From positions 150,621 to 214,620 of the forward strand of contig CAZEEV010000001.1 in the NCBI GenBank assembly GCA_964511345.1: a stretch of 64,000 nucleotides of DNA. The letters are read 5' to 3'. Positions 1-10,105 of the stretch are shown piece after piece; position 1 is the stretch's first letter; each line of letters opens with the position of its first letter. Below the pieces are notes generated by a model, which saw only the letters and a list, made by a program, of their open reading frames with translations, did no database searches and was not told the DNA's origin. This DNA comes from an uncultured Pseudomonadales bacterium. Its GTDB lineage: Bacteria > Patescibacteriota > Microgenomatia > UBA1400 > PJMF01. The position numbers and the translations under genes were made by a program.

Positions 1-630
1 ACTTATTTTTTAGCGATTTGCATGCTAATCGACATAATAGGCGAAATTATTATCGCTCTATTTGATAAATCATTTAAGAAAAAACATTTAATTTTGTTTT
101 ATTTATTAGTTGTTTCTCTGGCTCCATCTGTTGTGACTGTCGATAGTCCACACGCTACGCGCAGCTTGTTATTCTTTTTTGTTTTTGTATCCCTAGCTGT
201 TTTATTCTTAGATAAATTAGCCAAAATTTTTGTTAAGCAAAGTAAATTAATTCTTATAGTGTGCTTAGCTATTTTGCTTACAGAAAGTCTTTTCTATTAT
301 CACAAATATTTTTTCAAATATTCTCAGTCACAAGAAAAAATTCTTTTTGCTAGTTTCAAAAAGTTCATTATTGACGCTGATGAAAAATATACCAAGCAAC
401 CTGTGGTAATCATTGACGAAGGTGGTTATCAATATATTTTGACAGCTTGGTATTTAAAAATTCCCAGTCAAAACTTTTTCGCTACTATGAAATATCAGCA
501 AGCAGATCGCATTAATTTTTATTATGGAGAAAGATTACTTAATTATCACTTTATTAAAAATTTAGAAGATCGAAATAACGATGAGAAAGTGGTTCTATCT
601 AAAAATTTAGGCTTAGTTGTTTATGAATAA
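1..630 (+). CDS. 5'-truncated CDS. C-terminal soluble domain of an ArnT/PMT-like (GT39-type) GT-C glycosyltransferase paralog.
   Basis: Frame is open back to window position 1. The C-terminal region resembles the C-termini of ORFs 617..2233 and 10963..12474. Confidence 0.45.
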   Translation, partial: TYFLAICMLIDIIGEIIIALFDKSFKKKHLILFYLLVVSLAPSVVTVDSPHATRSLLFFFVFVSLAVLFLDKLAKIFVKQSKLILIVCLAILLTESLFYYHKYFFKYSQSQEKILFASFKKFIIDADEKYTKQPVVIIDEGGYQYILTAWYLKIPSQNFFATMKYQQADRINFYYGERLLNYHFIKNLEDRNNDEKVVLSKNLGLVVYE

Positions 631-2233
631 AAAGCAAGAGTTTTTACTTTTAGTTTTCATTATTTTAACTGGAGTTTTTTTACGCTTTTTTCAATTTGCT
701 GCTAATCCAGCTTCTTTGTATTGGGATGAGACAGCAATTGCTTTGGATGCTCGCAGTATTGCTGAAACAGGCAAAGATATTAATGGCGAGAATTGGTTAC
801 AACCAATTCTGATTTCTTATGGTGATTTTAAAGCCCCAATATTGATTTGGCTAGCCAGTTTATCAGTCAAAATTTTCGGCATGAATGCCTTTGCCGTACG
901 TTTACCAGTTGCTTTATTTTCTGTGTTTAGTATCTATCTTGTTTATTTATTGATCAAAGAGTTACTTAATTTTAGCGATACTTTGACAAGACGTTATAAA
1001 TTACTGCCGATTTTGACGGCTTTTATCCTGTCGATTTCTCCCTGGTCGGTACATTTTGGCCGTATTGCCTTCGAATCTAGCCTTTCAATGAGTTTTTTAT
1101 TAATTGCCTTGCTATTTTTTGTCAAAGCAATTAAAAACAAAGGTTATTATTTTTTGATTAGTACTGTGTTCGCTGTTTTAGCAACTTATACTTATTATTC
1201 GTTGCGTGTAATCGTACCCCTACTTTGCTTAAGTTTAGTTATTTTGTTTTTCAAACAAATTAAGGTTAAAAAATTCTGGTTAGTAGCTTCAATGACTTTT
1301 TTTGTTTTAGGGATGTTGCCAATTTTAAAATCTCCTTATTACGCGGTTAGTCAGAGCTATCGTTTAAATAATAATAATCTAATTAATCATCAGCAAGCAA
1401 TTGAGGAATCAAGTAAATATTTAGAAAAATATCATTCGAGCTTGTTTTCTAGAATAATTTACCATCGTTATATTTTTGTTGCGCGTGATTTTATGATTAA
1501 TATGGGCGCTCATTTCACTCCCAACTTTTTATTTTTTAAGGGAGATACCAACTTGCGCCATCACTCTGGATTTTCTGGAGAATTTTTTGTAGTAACTTCA
1601 CCATTCTTCTTAATAGGGCTTTTTTTGTTATTAAAAAACTTCAAAAGCAAGTTGACGATATTCCTTCTATTTTTTATGTTTTTATCACCAATTCCAGCAG
1701 CCATGGTTTATGAGGTGCCACATGCATCGAGAGCAATTTATTTAGTAATTCCTTTTTCTGTCTTAATTGCCTGGGGTATTAATGAGTGTTTTTTACTTAA
1801 GAAAAAAATAATTTCACTTATAATTGTTTTAGCGTTTTTAGTTAATGCAATTATTTTTTATACAGATTATTTTACTAATTATGTAAAGAGATCTAGCGAA
1901 GCATGGCTTTATAGCTATAACCAAGTAGCTTCATACATTAAAGATCATTATCAGGAATTTTCTAAGCTAGAAATTAGCGAACATTATTGGTTTCCCAATA
2001 TCTTTGTTTATTATCAATTTCCAGAGTTATTGAATCAAAGAAGTAAAACCATTGGCTTTGGTTTGGAAGATCCTTTCGCACTTTTACTCGATCAAAATGA
2101 TTCGAATAAAGAACGAGGGAAATTTATTTACTATAAAGATGCTATCCCAGAGGGGTTCGTCGCTACTCAGAATTTTAATTTCTTGAATGGAGAACCCAGT
2201 TTGATTCTAGTGATTAAAGAAAATAATTTATGA
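617..2233 (+). CDS. GT-C fold glycosyltransferase, family 39-like (ArnT/PMT-type, polyprenyl-phosphate-sugar dependent)
   Basis: 538 aa, many TM helices. N-terminal loop carries 'YWDETAIA' (the GT-C DE motif) and an 'RLPVALFSV...' helix typical of ArnT-like enzymes. Confidence 0.8.
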   Translation: MFMNKKQEFLLLVFIILTGVFLRFFQFAANPASLYWDETAIALDARSIAETGKDINGENWLQPILISYGDFKAPILIWLASLSVKIFGMNAFAVRLPVALFSVFSIYLVYLLIKELLNFSDTLTRRYKLLPILTAFILSISPWSVHFGRIAFESSLSMSFLLIALLFFVKAIKNKGYYFLISTVFAVLATYTYYSLRVIVPLLCLSLVILFFKQIKVKKFWLVASMTFFVLGMLPILKSPYYAVSQSYRLNNNNLINHQQAIEESSKYLEKYHSSLFSRIIYHRYIFVARDFMINMGAHFTPNFLFFKGDTNLRHHSGFSGEFFVVTSPFFLIGLFLLLKNFKSKLTIFLLFFMFLSPIPAAMVYEVPHASRAIYLVIPFSVLIAWGINECFLLKKKIISLIIVLAFLVNAIIFYTDYFTNYVKRSSEAWLYSYNQVASYIKDHYQEFSKLEISEHYWFPNIFVYYQFPELLNQRSKTIGFGLEDPFALLLDQNDSNKERGKFIYYKDAIPEGFVATQNFNFLNGEPSLILVIKENNL

Positions 2234-3864
2234 AAAAATTTATAAAAATCATTTTTTTTGTTTTATTGACCTTAATTAACTGTCGTTACTTTTTTCATTT
2301 AGGTGTACCCATTACTCATGATGGTAATAATCATTTAGTACGTTTTGCTAATTACAAAATAGCAGTCAGAGAATTGCAAATTCCGCCACGCATTGCTCCA
2401 AATTTAGTTAATAGATATGGTTATCCAGTATTTAATTATAATTACCCATTAGCTAATATTTTATCTTTGCCATTTTCAATTGCTCACTTTAATTATGAAT
2501 TCACTTTTAAAATTATTACATCAGGCTTTGTCTTTTTAGCTTTAATTGGAGCTAATTTATTTTTAAGAGCTAAAAATTTTTCAAGAGGTTCTAGAATTTT
2601 TGCCTTGTTTGTTTTGGCTTTAAATCCATATATTTTTACGAGCATTATTTTCAGAGGCAATATTGGTGAAGTTATGGCTTGGGGTATTTTACCCTGGATT
2701 TTTTATTATTTAGAAAAAATTAAATTTAGTAAAAAATTTTTTAGTAAAGATTTCTTTTTATTAACCTTATTTATGTTAGCGCTATTTTTAGCGCACAATA
2801 TCATGGCTTTTTTTGCTAGCATTTTGTTGATTTTTTATTTAATTTTCAATTATTGGAATAATTGGCAATTTATCAAGAAGTTTGCTTTGAGCTTTATTTG
2901 GTCTTTTGTCTGTACTCTATGGTTCTGGTTACCAGCAATTATGGAAAAGGGTTTGGTTATTCTAGATAATGTGGATTTAACCCTTAATTACACGCAACAT
3001 TTTCTAAGCTTCAATCAGCTATTGCGTTTACCGATTGAATTTGGTTATTCATATTGGGGACAAGTTGATTCAATGTCACTTGGGCTTGGTGCCATACAAA
3101 TTTTACTTATTTTAGCTGCCATAGTTTACTTATTTAAGAAAAAACCTAGAGAAAATCTGGTTTTCTTCATTGCTTTGTTTGTTTTGTTAATCGCTCAACT
3201 TGGCTTTTCTAAACCACTTTATGATTTAATTCCCTTTGCCAACTTTATTCAATTTCCTTGGCGTTTGGCTCTTTTGATTTCTATAGTTTTGCTACCAGTT
3301 TCAGCCTTGGTTTTTACTTATCTGAAAAAACCAGTTAAATTTGTATTTGTTTTGGTGGTTTTTCTGCAATTAATACAGTTTCTACAAGTTAAACCAATCG
3401 ATTATCAGCATCAAACAAACATTGATTATGAAACTTATGGAGGTATTACATCTGTTAACCAAGAAAATATGCCACGGCTATTTACTTTTGAGTATTTTAC
3501 TGAGAGACCAGCGTCAGTTTTCATTTTAAATGGTAAAGGACAAATCAATATTAAAAACTTCAATGGTTCTTCTCGTTATTACTCATTAAGTCTAGAGGAA
3601 AAATCAACAATTGTTGAGTCGACAGCCTATTTCCCAGGTTGGGAAACAAAAGTTAATAATCAAAAAATAACTTATTTAGACAACGACATAATTAAAGGTA
3701 GAATTGCTTATGATTTGGAACCGGGAAACTATGAAGTAGTAACACGTTTCACTCAAAGGACTTGGCCCAGATTAGTTGGTAATAGCGTTAGCGCTTTGAG
3801 CTTACTTGCGCTTTTTTCTTTGGGTTTTTATCTTTGGCAAAAGGATAGAAAAAATAAAGGCTAA
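2230..3864 (+). CDS. polytopic membrane protein, GT-C-like glycosyltransferase of an uncharacterised family
   Basis: 544 aa with more than 10 TM segments. N-terminal 'HDGNNHLVRFANYK...RYGYPVFNYNYPLANI' region is paralogous to ORF 3788..5551. Start overlaps upstream stop by 4 nt (operon-like). Confidence 0.5.
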   Translation: MKKFIKIIFFVLLTLINCRYFFHLGVPITHDGNNHLVRFANYKIAVRELQIPPRIAPNLVNRYGYPVFNYNYPLANILSLPFSIAHFNYEFTFKIITSGFVFLALIGANLFLRAKNFSRGSRIFALFVLALNPYIFTSIIFRGNIGEVMAWGILPWIFYYLEKIKFSKKFFSKDFFLLTLFMLALFLAHNIMAFFASILLIFYLIFNYWNNWQFIKKFALSFIWSFVCTLWFWLPAIMEKGLVILDNVDLTLNYTQHFLSFNQLLRLPIEFGYSYWGQVDSMSLGLGAIQILLILAAIVYLFKKKPRENLVFFIALFVLLIAQLGFSKPLYDLIPFANFIQFPWRLALLISIVLLPVSALVFTYLKKPVKFVFVLVVFLQLIQFLQVKPIDYQHQTNIDYETYGGITSVNQENMPRLFTFEYFTERPASVFILNGKGQINIKNFNGSSRYYSLSLEEKSTIVESTAYFPGWETKVNNQKITYLDNDIIKGRIAYDLEPGNYEVVTRFTQRTWPRLVGNSVSALSLLALFSLGFYLWQKDRKNKG

Positions 3865-5551
3865 TAAATAAAGCCAAAGCAGAAATCGAGTCACCTAATT
3901 TGCGAGCTAGAGTATTTTCAGTAAAGTAAATTCCTACTTTATGCTGTCCAGCAGGAACACTAATTTGGATGTTGCCAAGCTCCTGATTAGTATCAATTTG
4001 CCATTTCTCACCATCTAGTTCAGCTTGCCAACCAGCAAAATTAGCAACCTTAAAATTCAAAGTTTCTGCCTTAAAGAAATCAGTAGAAACTAACTTTTCG
4101 AAACCGCGATCAACAAGCAAAGTTGCTTTACCATCCGATTGAATATCTGCTAACCAAAAAGTGCCTAATGCCTGATTTTTAGCTAAAAGCGTTTTTTCTT
4201 CAGCCATTTGAGTAGGAATGTAGTCTGGCAAAGTTTCGCTCATGTGATTCTGAATTCTAACGGCATCTGTATAGTAAAGAGCATTAGCATCATCCAAATA
4301 TCCCTTCGGTTTGAAATAAATAGCATTGCTTAATAAAAAGAGAAATAAAAACACCCCATATAAAAACTTTATTTTTTTATTCTTTATCAGATAAATTGAT
4401 AGCGCCACTAAGAGAGCAAGGAACAAAGAAGCCATAGACATGAAGCGCCAAGGAAATTGAATATACTGTAAAAGTTTAATACTATCCCAGACTAATTTAC
4501 TTTTTAAAATGCTCATAAAAAGACTTAGTAGAAGTAAACTAGAAAAAACTGAAATGTAAAAAAATAATTGATTTCTAATAAAAGTTTTACGATTTTTGAT
4601 CAAGTGATATAAAGCAGCCAAACCTAAAACTACCAAACTCAGTAATTGGCCTTTACCTAAGAAAAAAGAAAAGCCATCATTGGGGCCCCAAGCTGAACCA
4701 CCTTCGTATTGCCAGCGATCCAGGAAAAATTGTCTGATGTAAAGAAAGTGGTGAGAATAATGGAAATAGCCAGAGAAAATTTTATTAATAATAGTTAAAT
4801 CTTTTTCCATAAAAGCTGGAATCATATAAAACGCTGACAAGCCCATTGCTAAGAAAAACTGGCTAGCAATGATCCAAAGTAACTTGATCTTTTTCTGGTA
4901 TAGAAGATAAACAAAAGTAAAAAGAGCCGCCAACGGAATAAACATCATGGCAGTTAAATTATGTGATAAAACAATGGCAAATAAGGCTAGAGACAACAAT
5001 AATAAATATTTTTTATTTTGATTTTTAACATAGGCGACAATAGCAAAAAGTACTAATGGCAAAAAAGCCATGGCAAAAACTTCACTAAAAGCTCCTCTAA
5101 CAAAAAGATTCACTGCCCGATAAGGAGCTAAAGTATAAGCAGCAGCTAAAAGTAATCCACCAAAACGACCCAACATTTTTTTACCGAGCAGGTAAGCACC
5201 TATTAAAGTTACTAGATTAATTAATAAACCTAAAATTTTAAGACTAGCAATTACACTAAAACCCATTTTGAAAAAGATAGCTCCCACAAAATAAGGCAGT
5301 GGTGCATAAAAATTAAATAATGGCATACCGAAGCCATAGCCAAAATTCTCACTCCATCTAACTGGTAGTTGCCCCTCATCTAGAGCATGAGCCATTTCGG
5401 CAATTCTGGCAGCATGAGTAAAATCGTGTACATGAAAAAAACTAGGGTGAAAAAAAGAATAACTACTCAAAACAAAAACTAAAACTAAAGCAAAAGCAAC
5501 AAAATAGTTTTTTAAAAAATTAACTAAAAATTGCCAAATTTTATTTATCAT
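3788..5551 (-). CDS. polytopic membrane protein, GT-C-like glycosyltransferase paralogous to 2230..3864
   Basis: 587 aa. 'HDFTHAARIAEM...RWSENFGYGFGMPLFNFYAPLPYF' aligns with the N-terminal loop of the neighbouring plus-strand gene. 3' ends converge and overlap by 77 nt. Confidence 0.5.
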   Translation of the reverse strand: MINKIWQFLVNFLKNYFVAFALVLVFVLSSYSFFHPSFFHVHDFTHAARIAEMAHALDEGQLPVRWSENFGYGFGMPLFNFYAPLPYFVGAIFFKMGFSVIASLKILGLLINLVTLIGAYLLGKKMLGRFGGLLLAAAYTLAPYRAVNLFVRGAFSEVFAMAFLPLVLFAIVAYVKNQNKKYLLLLSLALFAIVLSHNLTAMMFIPLAALFTFVYLLYQKKIKLLWIIASQFFLAMGLSAFYMIPAFMEKDLTIINKIFSGYFHYSHHFLYIRQFFLDRWQYEGGSAWGPNDGFSFFLGKGQLLSLVVLGLAALYHLIKNRKTFIRNQLFFYISVFSSLLLLSLFMSILKSKLVWDSIKLLQYIQFPWRFMSMASLFLALLVALSIYLIKNKKIKFLYGVFLFLFLLSNAIYFKPKGYLDDANALYYTDAVRIQNHMSETLPDYIPTQMAEEKTLLAKNQALGTFWLADIQSDGKATLLVDRGFEKLVSTDFFKAETLNFKVANFAGWQAELDGEKWQIDTNQELGNIQISVPAGQHKVGIYFTENTLARKLGDSISALALFISLYFFYPFAKDKNPKKKAQVSSKR

Positions 5552-5553
5552 GA

Positions 5554-6285
5554 CTAATTAGATTTTAAAGAAGAAAACTTAATATTTAAATATGTAGTTA
5601 AAGCTTCATAACAAGCCTTGACGATTACCTTGAATTGAGCTCCAGTGGCTTGACCATAAAGGCGTGGATAATGATTAACGGCGACTTCTTTAAATTTAAT
5701 ACCTCTCTTTTTTAATCGATAAAGAATTTCTGCGCTAGTGAAAGCACTGCCTGATGTGAGATGTAGATTTTTTAAAGCCGAGGTCTTAAATAATTTGAAG
5801 GCGCAATCAATATCTCTAACGTGTAAACGAAAAAGAAGGTCAATATACAACTTAAAAATACTAGTATTAATATGTCTTCTTAAACCTTCCGATCTTTTTT
5901 TTCGATAACCGATAATAGCTTCGTATTTATTGGTTTCTTGCACAAAACGAACTAATTCAGATAAATCAAACTGTAGATCGCTGTCAGTCCAGAATATCCA
6001 TTCATATTGGCTATTTTTAATACCAGTTTTAAGCACTTCACCATAGCCTCTATTATATTTATGAGAAAAAATTTTAACTTGTTGATATTCGCTTCTCAAA
6101 TTTTTAGCAATTTTAAGACTGTCATCAGTACTGCCATCATTAATAATCAGCAATTCATATCTGGAAGCCAAAGTAGGAATAATTCTAACTGCCTGTTTAA
6201 TGAGAATTTCCAAATTAGCCTCTTCGTTATAGACAGGAAAAAAAACAGAGAGAGACTTAAGTTTTTTCATGACAGCTGTTATCAT
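5554..6285 (-). CDS. GT2 glycosyltransferase, DPM1/GtrB-like polyprenol-phosphate sugar synthase
   Basis: 'VFFPVYNEE...LLIINDGSTDDS' DxD-type GT-A N-terminus and 'NRGYG' motif. About 240 aa. Confidence 0.7.
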   Translation of the reverse strand: MITAVMKKLKSLSVFFPVYNEEANLEILIKQAVRIIPTLASRYELLIINDGSTDDSLKIAKNLRSEYQQVKIFSHKYNRGYGEVLKTGIKNSQYEWIFWTDSDLQFDLSELVRFVQETNKYEAIIGYRKKRSEGLRRHINTSIFKLYIDLLFRLHVRDIDCAFKLFKTSALKNLHLTSGSAFTSAEILYRLKKRGIKFKEVAVNHYPRLYGQATGAQFKVIVKACYEALTTYLNIKFSSLKSN

Positions 6286-6320
6286 ACTATTAATAGACCT
6301 ATAGCGAAATAAAGAAAAGG

Positions 6321-7253
6321 TTGTTTATTATGTCCATTTCAGCAGTAGTAATCGCCAAGAACGCCGAAAAAATTATTCAGAGAAGCTTAAAGTCTGTGCA
6401 ATTTGCCGATGAGGTAATTTTGGTCGATATTAAGAGCACTGATCAAACCGCTGAAATTGCAAAAAAACACTGCACTAAGGTTTGCAATTATGGTCAGGAT
6501 TCCGCTTTTGTGGAGCCAGTACGCAATTTTGCTCTGTCTCAGGCTAAAAAAGACTGGATCTTAGTTTTGGATGCTGATGAAGAAATTCCCGAATCATTGG
6601 CCAAAAAATTGCAAGAAATTGATCAAAAAAATCTAGGAGATGTCTATTATTTGCCACGAAAAAATATGGTTAGCGGAACTTGGATGCAGCACACCGGTTG
6701 GTGGCCTGATTATCAGTTGCGTTTTTTCAAAAACGGCTTGGTTACTTGGGGAAATAAAATTCATGGACAAGCACAAGTGGCAGATGGATACAAAGCTAGT
6801 GTATTAGAAGCTACAGAGGAAATGGCAATCTTACATCACAATTATCAAGATACTAAAGATTATTTATTGCGTTTCGATCGCTACACAGACATTGAGGCTG
6901 AACAAAAATCCCATGAATTAGCTGATCAGTTTTCTATTTCGCAATCAGCTTTATTAAAAGCTTTTAGCGATGACTGGCTGAGAAGATACTTTGCTCGGGA
7001 AGGTTATAAAGATGGCGTACGTGGATTTTATTTAAGTTTAATGCAAGCCGTTTATCAAATGACTGTTCAAATGAAAATTTTTGATCGTTTGGCTAATAAA
7101 AAAACTTTAGAAAAGAATGAACAACAAGATTTAATTAAGGATTTGCGTCACTTTCAAAAAGAGTTAAACTACTGGATAGGAGATCTGGAAATCAAGCAGA
7201 AAAAAGGCCTAAGTCGCTTTTGGGTGAGTTTAAAAAGAAAGCTTAGTTTATGA
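6321..7253 (+). CDS. GT2 family glycosyltransferase
   Basis: 'SAVVIAKNAEKIIQRSL...VDIKSTDQTAEIA' GT-A N-terminal signature. Paralogous to 8175..9002 and 14229..15014. Confidence 0.7.
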   Translation: MFIMSISAVVIAKNAEKIIQRSLKSVQFADEVILVDIKSTDQTAEIAKKHCTKVCNYGQDSAFVEPVRNFALSQAKKDWILVLDADEEIPESLAKKLQEIDQKNLGDVYYLPRKNMVSGTWMQHTGWWPDYQLRFFKNGLVTWGNKIHGQAQVADGYKASVLEATEEMAILHHNYQDTKDYLLRFDRYTDIEAEQKSHELADQFSISQSALLKAFSDDWLRRYFAREGYKDGVRGFYLSLMQAVYQMTVQMKIFDRLANKKTLEKNEQQDLIKDLRHFQKELNYWIGDLEIKQKKGLSRFWVSLKRKLSL

Positions 7254-8173
7254 AGAATCATATTTCTATTATTATTGTTAACTACAATACTCCAGATGAC
7301 ACTAAAGCTACTGTTCAGTCTTTGAGTAAAATTAATCATAGCGGTTTTGACTATCGTATTATTGTGGTAGATAACGGTTCTAAAGAAATCCTTAATTTCA
7401 GCAGAATATTTCTTAAAAAGAATACTAAAGTAGATTTATTGCGTAGTGAAAGCAATCTGGGTTTTTCAGGTGGCAATAATTTAGGTATTCAACATGCTAT
7501 TGATCATTATGATAGCGATTATTATTTATTACTTAATTCTGACACTGTAGTTGATAAAAACTTTTTGCAAGCTCTCTATGACATGGCGAAGAAAGATCCT
7601 AAGATTGGTCTTGCTTGTTCCAAAATTTATTTTCATAGAGGCTATGAATTTTTCGAAAATTCTTACAATGAGGCTGAAAAACATCACGTACTTTGGTACG
7701 TTGGTGGCAAAGTAGATTGGACAAATCTTTTGTCTTATCACATTGGAATAGATGAGGTTGATCGCGGTCATTTTGATCTAGCTAAAGAAACGGACTATGC
7801 AACTGGCTGTTCGATGCTGATTAGTAGAGAAGTGATTGAAAGAGTCGGCCGCTTAGATGATCACTTTTTCTTATATAGCGAAGACGTTGACTTTAGTTTG
7901 CGCGTGCAAGAAGCAGGGCTCAAGGTGATGTATTGCCCAGAATCAGTGGTTTATCACAAAATTGGCAGATCAACTGGTGGGGCCGGTTCACCCTTGCAAC
8001 AATACTATCAAACTAGAAATAGATTGTTTTTAACTTTTCGTCATGCGCCTATGAGAAGTAAGTTGACCGCTGTTCATTTAATTTTAAACATCTTGCGTAG
8101 CGGTAATAAAAGTGAACGCAAAGCAGTTTGGGATTTAGTTATTGGTCGTATGGGAAAGCAAGCTTTTATTTAA
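7250..8173 (+). CDS. GT2 family glycosyltransferase
   Basis: 'ISIIIVNYNTPDDT...VVDNGSKE' and 'DSDT'/'ED.D' motifs. 4-nt start/stop overlap with upstream gene. Confidence 0.8.
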   Translation: MKNHISIIIVNYNTPDDTKATVQSLSKINHSGFDYRIIVVDNGSKEILNFSRIFLKKNTKVDLLRSESNLGFSGGNNLGIQHAIDHYDSDYYLLLNSDTVVDKNFLQALYDMAKKDPKIGLACSKIYFHRGYEFFENSYNEAEKHHVLWYVGGKVDWTNLLSYHIGIDEVDRGHFDLAKETDYATGCSMLISREVIERVGRLDDHFFLYSEDVDFSLRVQEAGLKVMYCPESVVYHKIGRSTGGAGSPLQQYYQTRNRLFLTFRHAPMRSKLTAVHLILNILRSGNKSERKAVWDLVIGRMGKQAFI

Positions 8174-8174
8174 T

Positions 8175-9002
8175 ATGCAATCAAATTTAACTGCACTAAT
8201 TATTGCTAAAAACGAAGAGAAGATGCTTCAAGCTTGTCTTGAAACCCTATCTTTTTGTCAAAAAATTATTGTTTTAGACACTGGTTCCAGCGATCAAACT
8301 GCCAAAATTGCTGAAAACTACAATTGCCAGGTGGTTGGTTTTGCTCATGAATCATTTGCTAAATTGCGTGAGAAAGCCTTGAGCTTAGTAGAAACAGATT
8401 GGCTTTTTTACATTGATGCAGATGAAAGAGTAACTCCTAATTTAGCCAAGGAGATTTTATTACACATTGAGCAAAATGATTGCCAAATCATGACTTTGAG
8501 TCGTCAAAATATTTGCTATGGAACAAAATTTAATTTTGGTAATTGGCAGCATGATTTAGTAACCAGAATCTTTAAAAAAAATAATCTCAAGGGTTGGCAG
8601 GGTGAAATTCATGAGAGTCCAATTTACGATGGACAAGTAGTGCAGTTGCGACATGAGTTAATTCATTTAACTCATCGAAGTACGCAAGATAATCTTCGCA
8701 AAAGTGCTGAATGGACAATTAAAGAAGCTAGAGCTTTAGAAGCAGTTATGGTCAAAAAAGTGACTTTAGCTTTGATTTTACGCAAAGGAATAATGGAATT
8801 TTACCGTCGAGCCCTCAAGCATCAGGGTTATAAGGATGGTATGCCTGGATTAGTAGAGGCTTTGGTGCAAGCCCTTAATCGCATGATTGTTTACATTCAA
8901 GTTTGGGAGTTACAACAAAAACCAAGCATTGTGACGCGTTATGAAAAAATTGAACAAGATATCAAGAGTTTATGGAAAAATGAGGGCAAAATTAACTTAT
9001 GA
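8175..9002 (+). CDS. GT2 family glycosyltransferase
   Basis: ATG at 8175 directly after the upstream TAA. 'LTALIIAKNEEKML...LDTGSSDQTAKIA'. The TTG-initiated ORF-track start at 8142 is probably too long. Confidence 0.7.
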   Translation: MQSNLTALIIAKNEEKMLQACLETLSFCQKIIVLDTGSSDQTAKIAENYNCQVVGFAHESFAKLREKALSLVETDWLFYIDADERVTPNLAKEILLHIEQNDCQIMTLSRQNICYGTKFNFGNWQHDLVTRIFKKNNLKGWQGEIHESPIYDGQVVQLRHELIHLTHRSTQDNLRKSAEWTIKEARALEAVMVKKVTLALILRKGIMEFYRRALKHQGYKDGMPGLVEALVQALNRMIVYIQVWELQQKPSIVTRYEKIEQDIKSLWKNEGKINL

Positions 9003-10105
9003 AAATAGCCCTTTATTCTCCTTATTTACCCAAACACGCTGGAGGTGGAGAAAAATATTTATTTGATTGTGCTCAAATACTGGCGGAAGAAGGTCATGAT
9101 GTCTCAATTGCTATTACTTCAAATGACGCTTCACTAAGTTCAGAGTTAGTTGAAGAAACAAGAAAAAAGTATGAGAATTTTTTAAATTATTCTCTGGCAA
9201 ATATTAAATTTATCTCTGCCCCTCTTTTTACTTCAGCAAGTTTTTTCAAAAAACTCTTATGGACAGCTCAATTCGATATTTTGTATTACCAAACTGATGG
9301 TAGCTTGTTCTTTTCCCTGGCTAAGAAAAATATTTTGCACATTCAAATTCCTCTCAAACTAGACAAGTCTTCTTTAATAGAACGATTGAAATTAGCTAAT
9401 TGGCAAATTAAAAACACTAATTCAGAATTTACCAAAAAATATATTGAACGATTCTGGCAAACCAAAATTGATTGTGTTCATCAACCCTATGTTAATAGCG
9501 AGGAATTTCAAACTAACTTAAAAAAAGAAAAAATTATTCTTTCGGTAGGTAGATTTTTCTGTCAGTTACATAGCAAAAGACAAGATGTATTAGTGGATTT
9601 TTTCAAAAGCTTAGTCGAACTTGACTTAAAAGCTCTACAAGATTGGAAATTGGTTTTACTTGGTCAAAAAGAAGATGAACTTTTTGCTCAAAAGGTTAGT
9701 GATTTAGCCAAAAATTTAAACATTGAGATCTTGCATGAAGCTGATCGCGCAACTTTGTTAAAACTCTATCAAAAAGCTAGCATTTATTGGCATGCCTCTG
9801 GTTTTGAAGTTGATGAAGAAGAGAATCCTGAGAAAGTGGAACATTTTGGCATTGCAACCTTAGAAGCAATGGCTGCTGGAGTTGTGCCAATTGTAATTAA
9901 TAAAGGCGGACAAAAAGAAATTCTTGGAGAAAGTTTGCAAGGTTGTTTATGGACAGACAAAGATGATTGTCTTGCTAAAACTTTAAAATTGATTAAAAAT
10001 AATCAAGAACAAGAAAAACTAGGGCAACTGGCTAGAGAGCGCAGCCTTCTTTTTTCCAAAGCAAAATTTAAAAACATTTTGCTAAGTATGATAGGAAAAG
10101 CATGA
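8999..10105 (+). CDS. GT4 (GT-B fold) glycosyltransferase
   Basis: C-terminal 'FGIATLEAMAAGVVPIV' EX7E-type motif. 368 aa. Confidence 0.75.
   Translation: MKIALYSPYLPKHAGGGEKYLFDCAQILAEEGHDVSIAITSNDASLSSELVEETRKKYENFLNYSLANIKFISAPLFTSASFFKKLLWTAQFDILYYQTDGSLFFSLAKKNILHIQIPLKLDKSSLIERLKLANWQIKNTNSEFTKKYIERFWQTKIDCVHQPYVNSEEFQTNLKKEKIILSVGRFFCQLHSKRQDVLVDFFKSLVELDLKALQDWKLVLLGQKEDELFAQKVSDLAKNLNIEILHEADRATLLKLYQKASIYWHASGFEVDEEENPEKVEHFGIATLEAMAAGVVPIVINKGGQKEILGESLQGCLWTDKDDCLAKTLKLIKNNQEQEKLGQLARERSLLFSKAKFKNILLSMIGKA

Noticed and set aside
6007-6312. Opposite-strand small ORFs nested inside larger genes (for example 6007..6312, 7529..7771, 10502..10771, 13631..13849, 17519..17845, 31407..31862, 42314..43037, 44439..44723, 60489..60951)
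   Set aside because: Each lies entirely within a longer, well-supported CDS on the other strand or frame. They are typical low-complexity shadow ORFs of an AT-rich genome.
8142-8174. TTG-initiated N-terminal extension of the GT2 at 8175..9002 overlapping the upstream gene
   Set aside because: An ATG at 8175 immediately follows the upstream TAA and gives the canonical GT2 N-terminus. The extension is unnecessary. The same reasoning was applied to 23687->23741, 17189->17228, 42184->42196 and 43813->43834.
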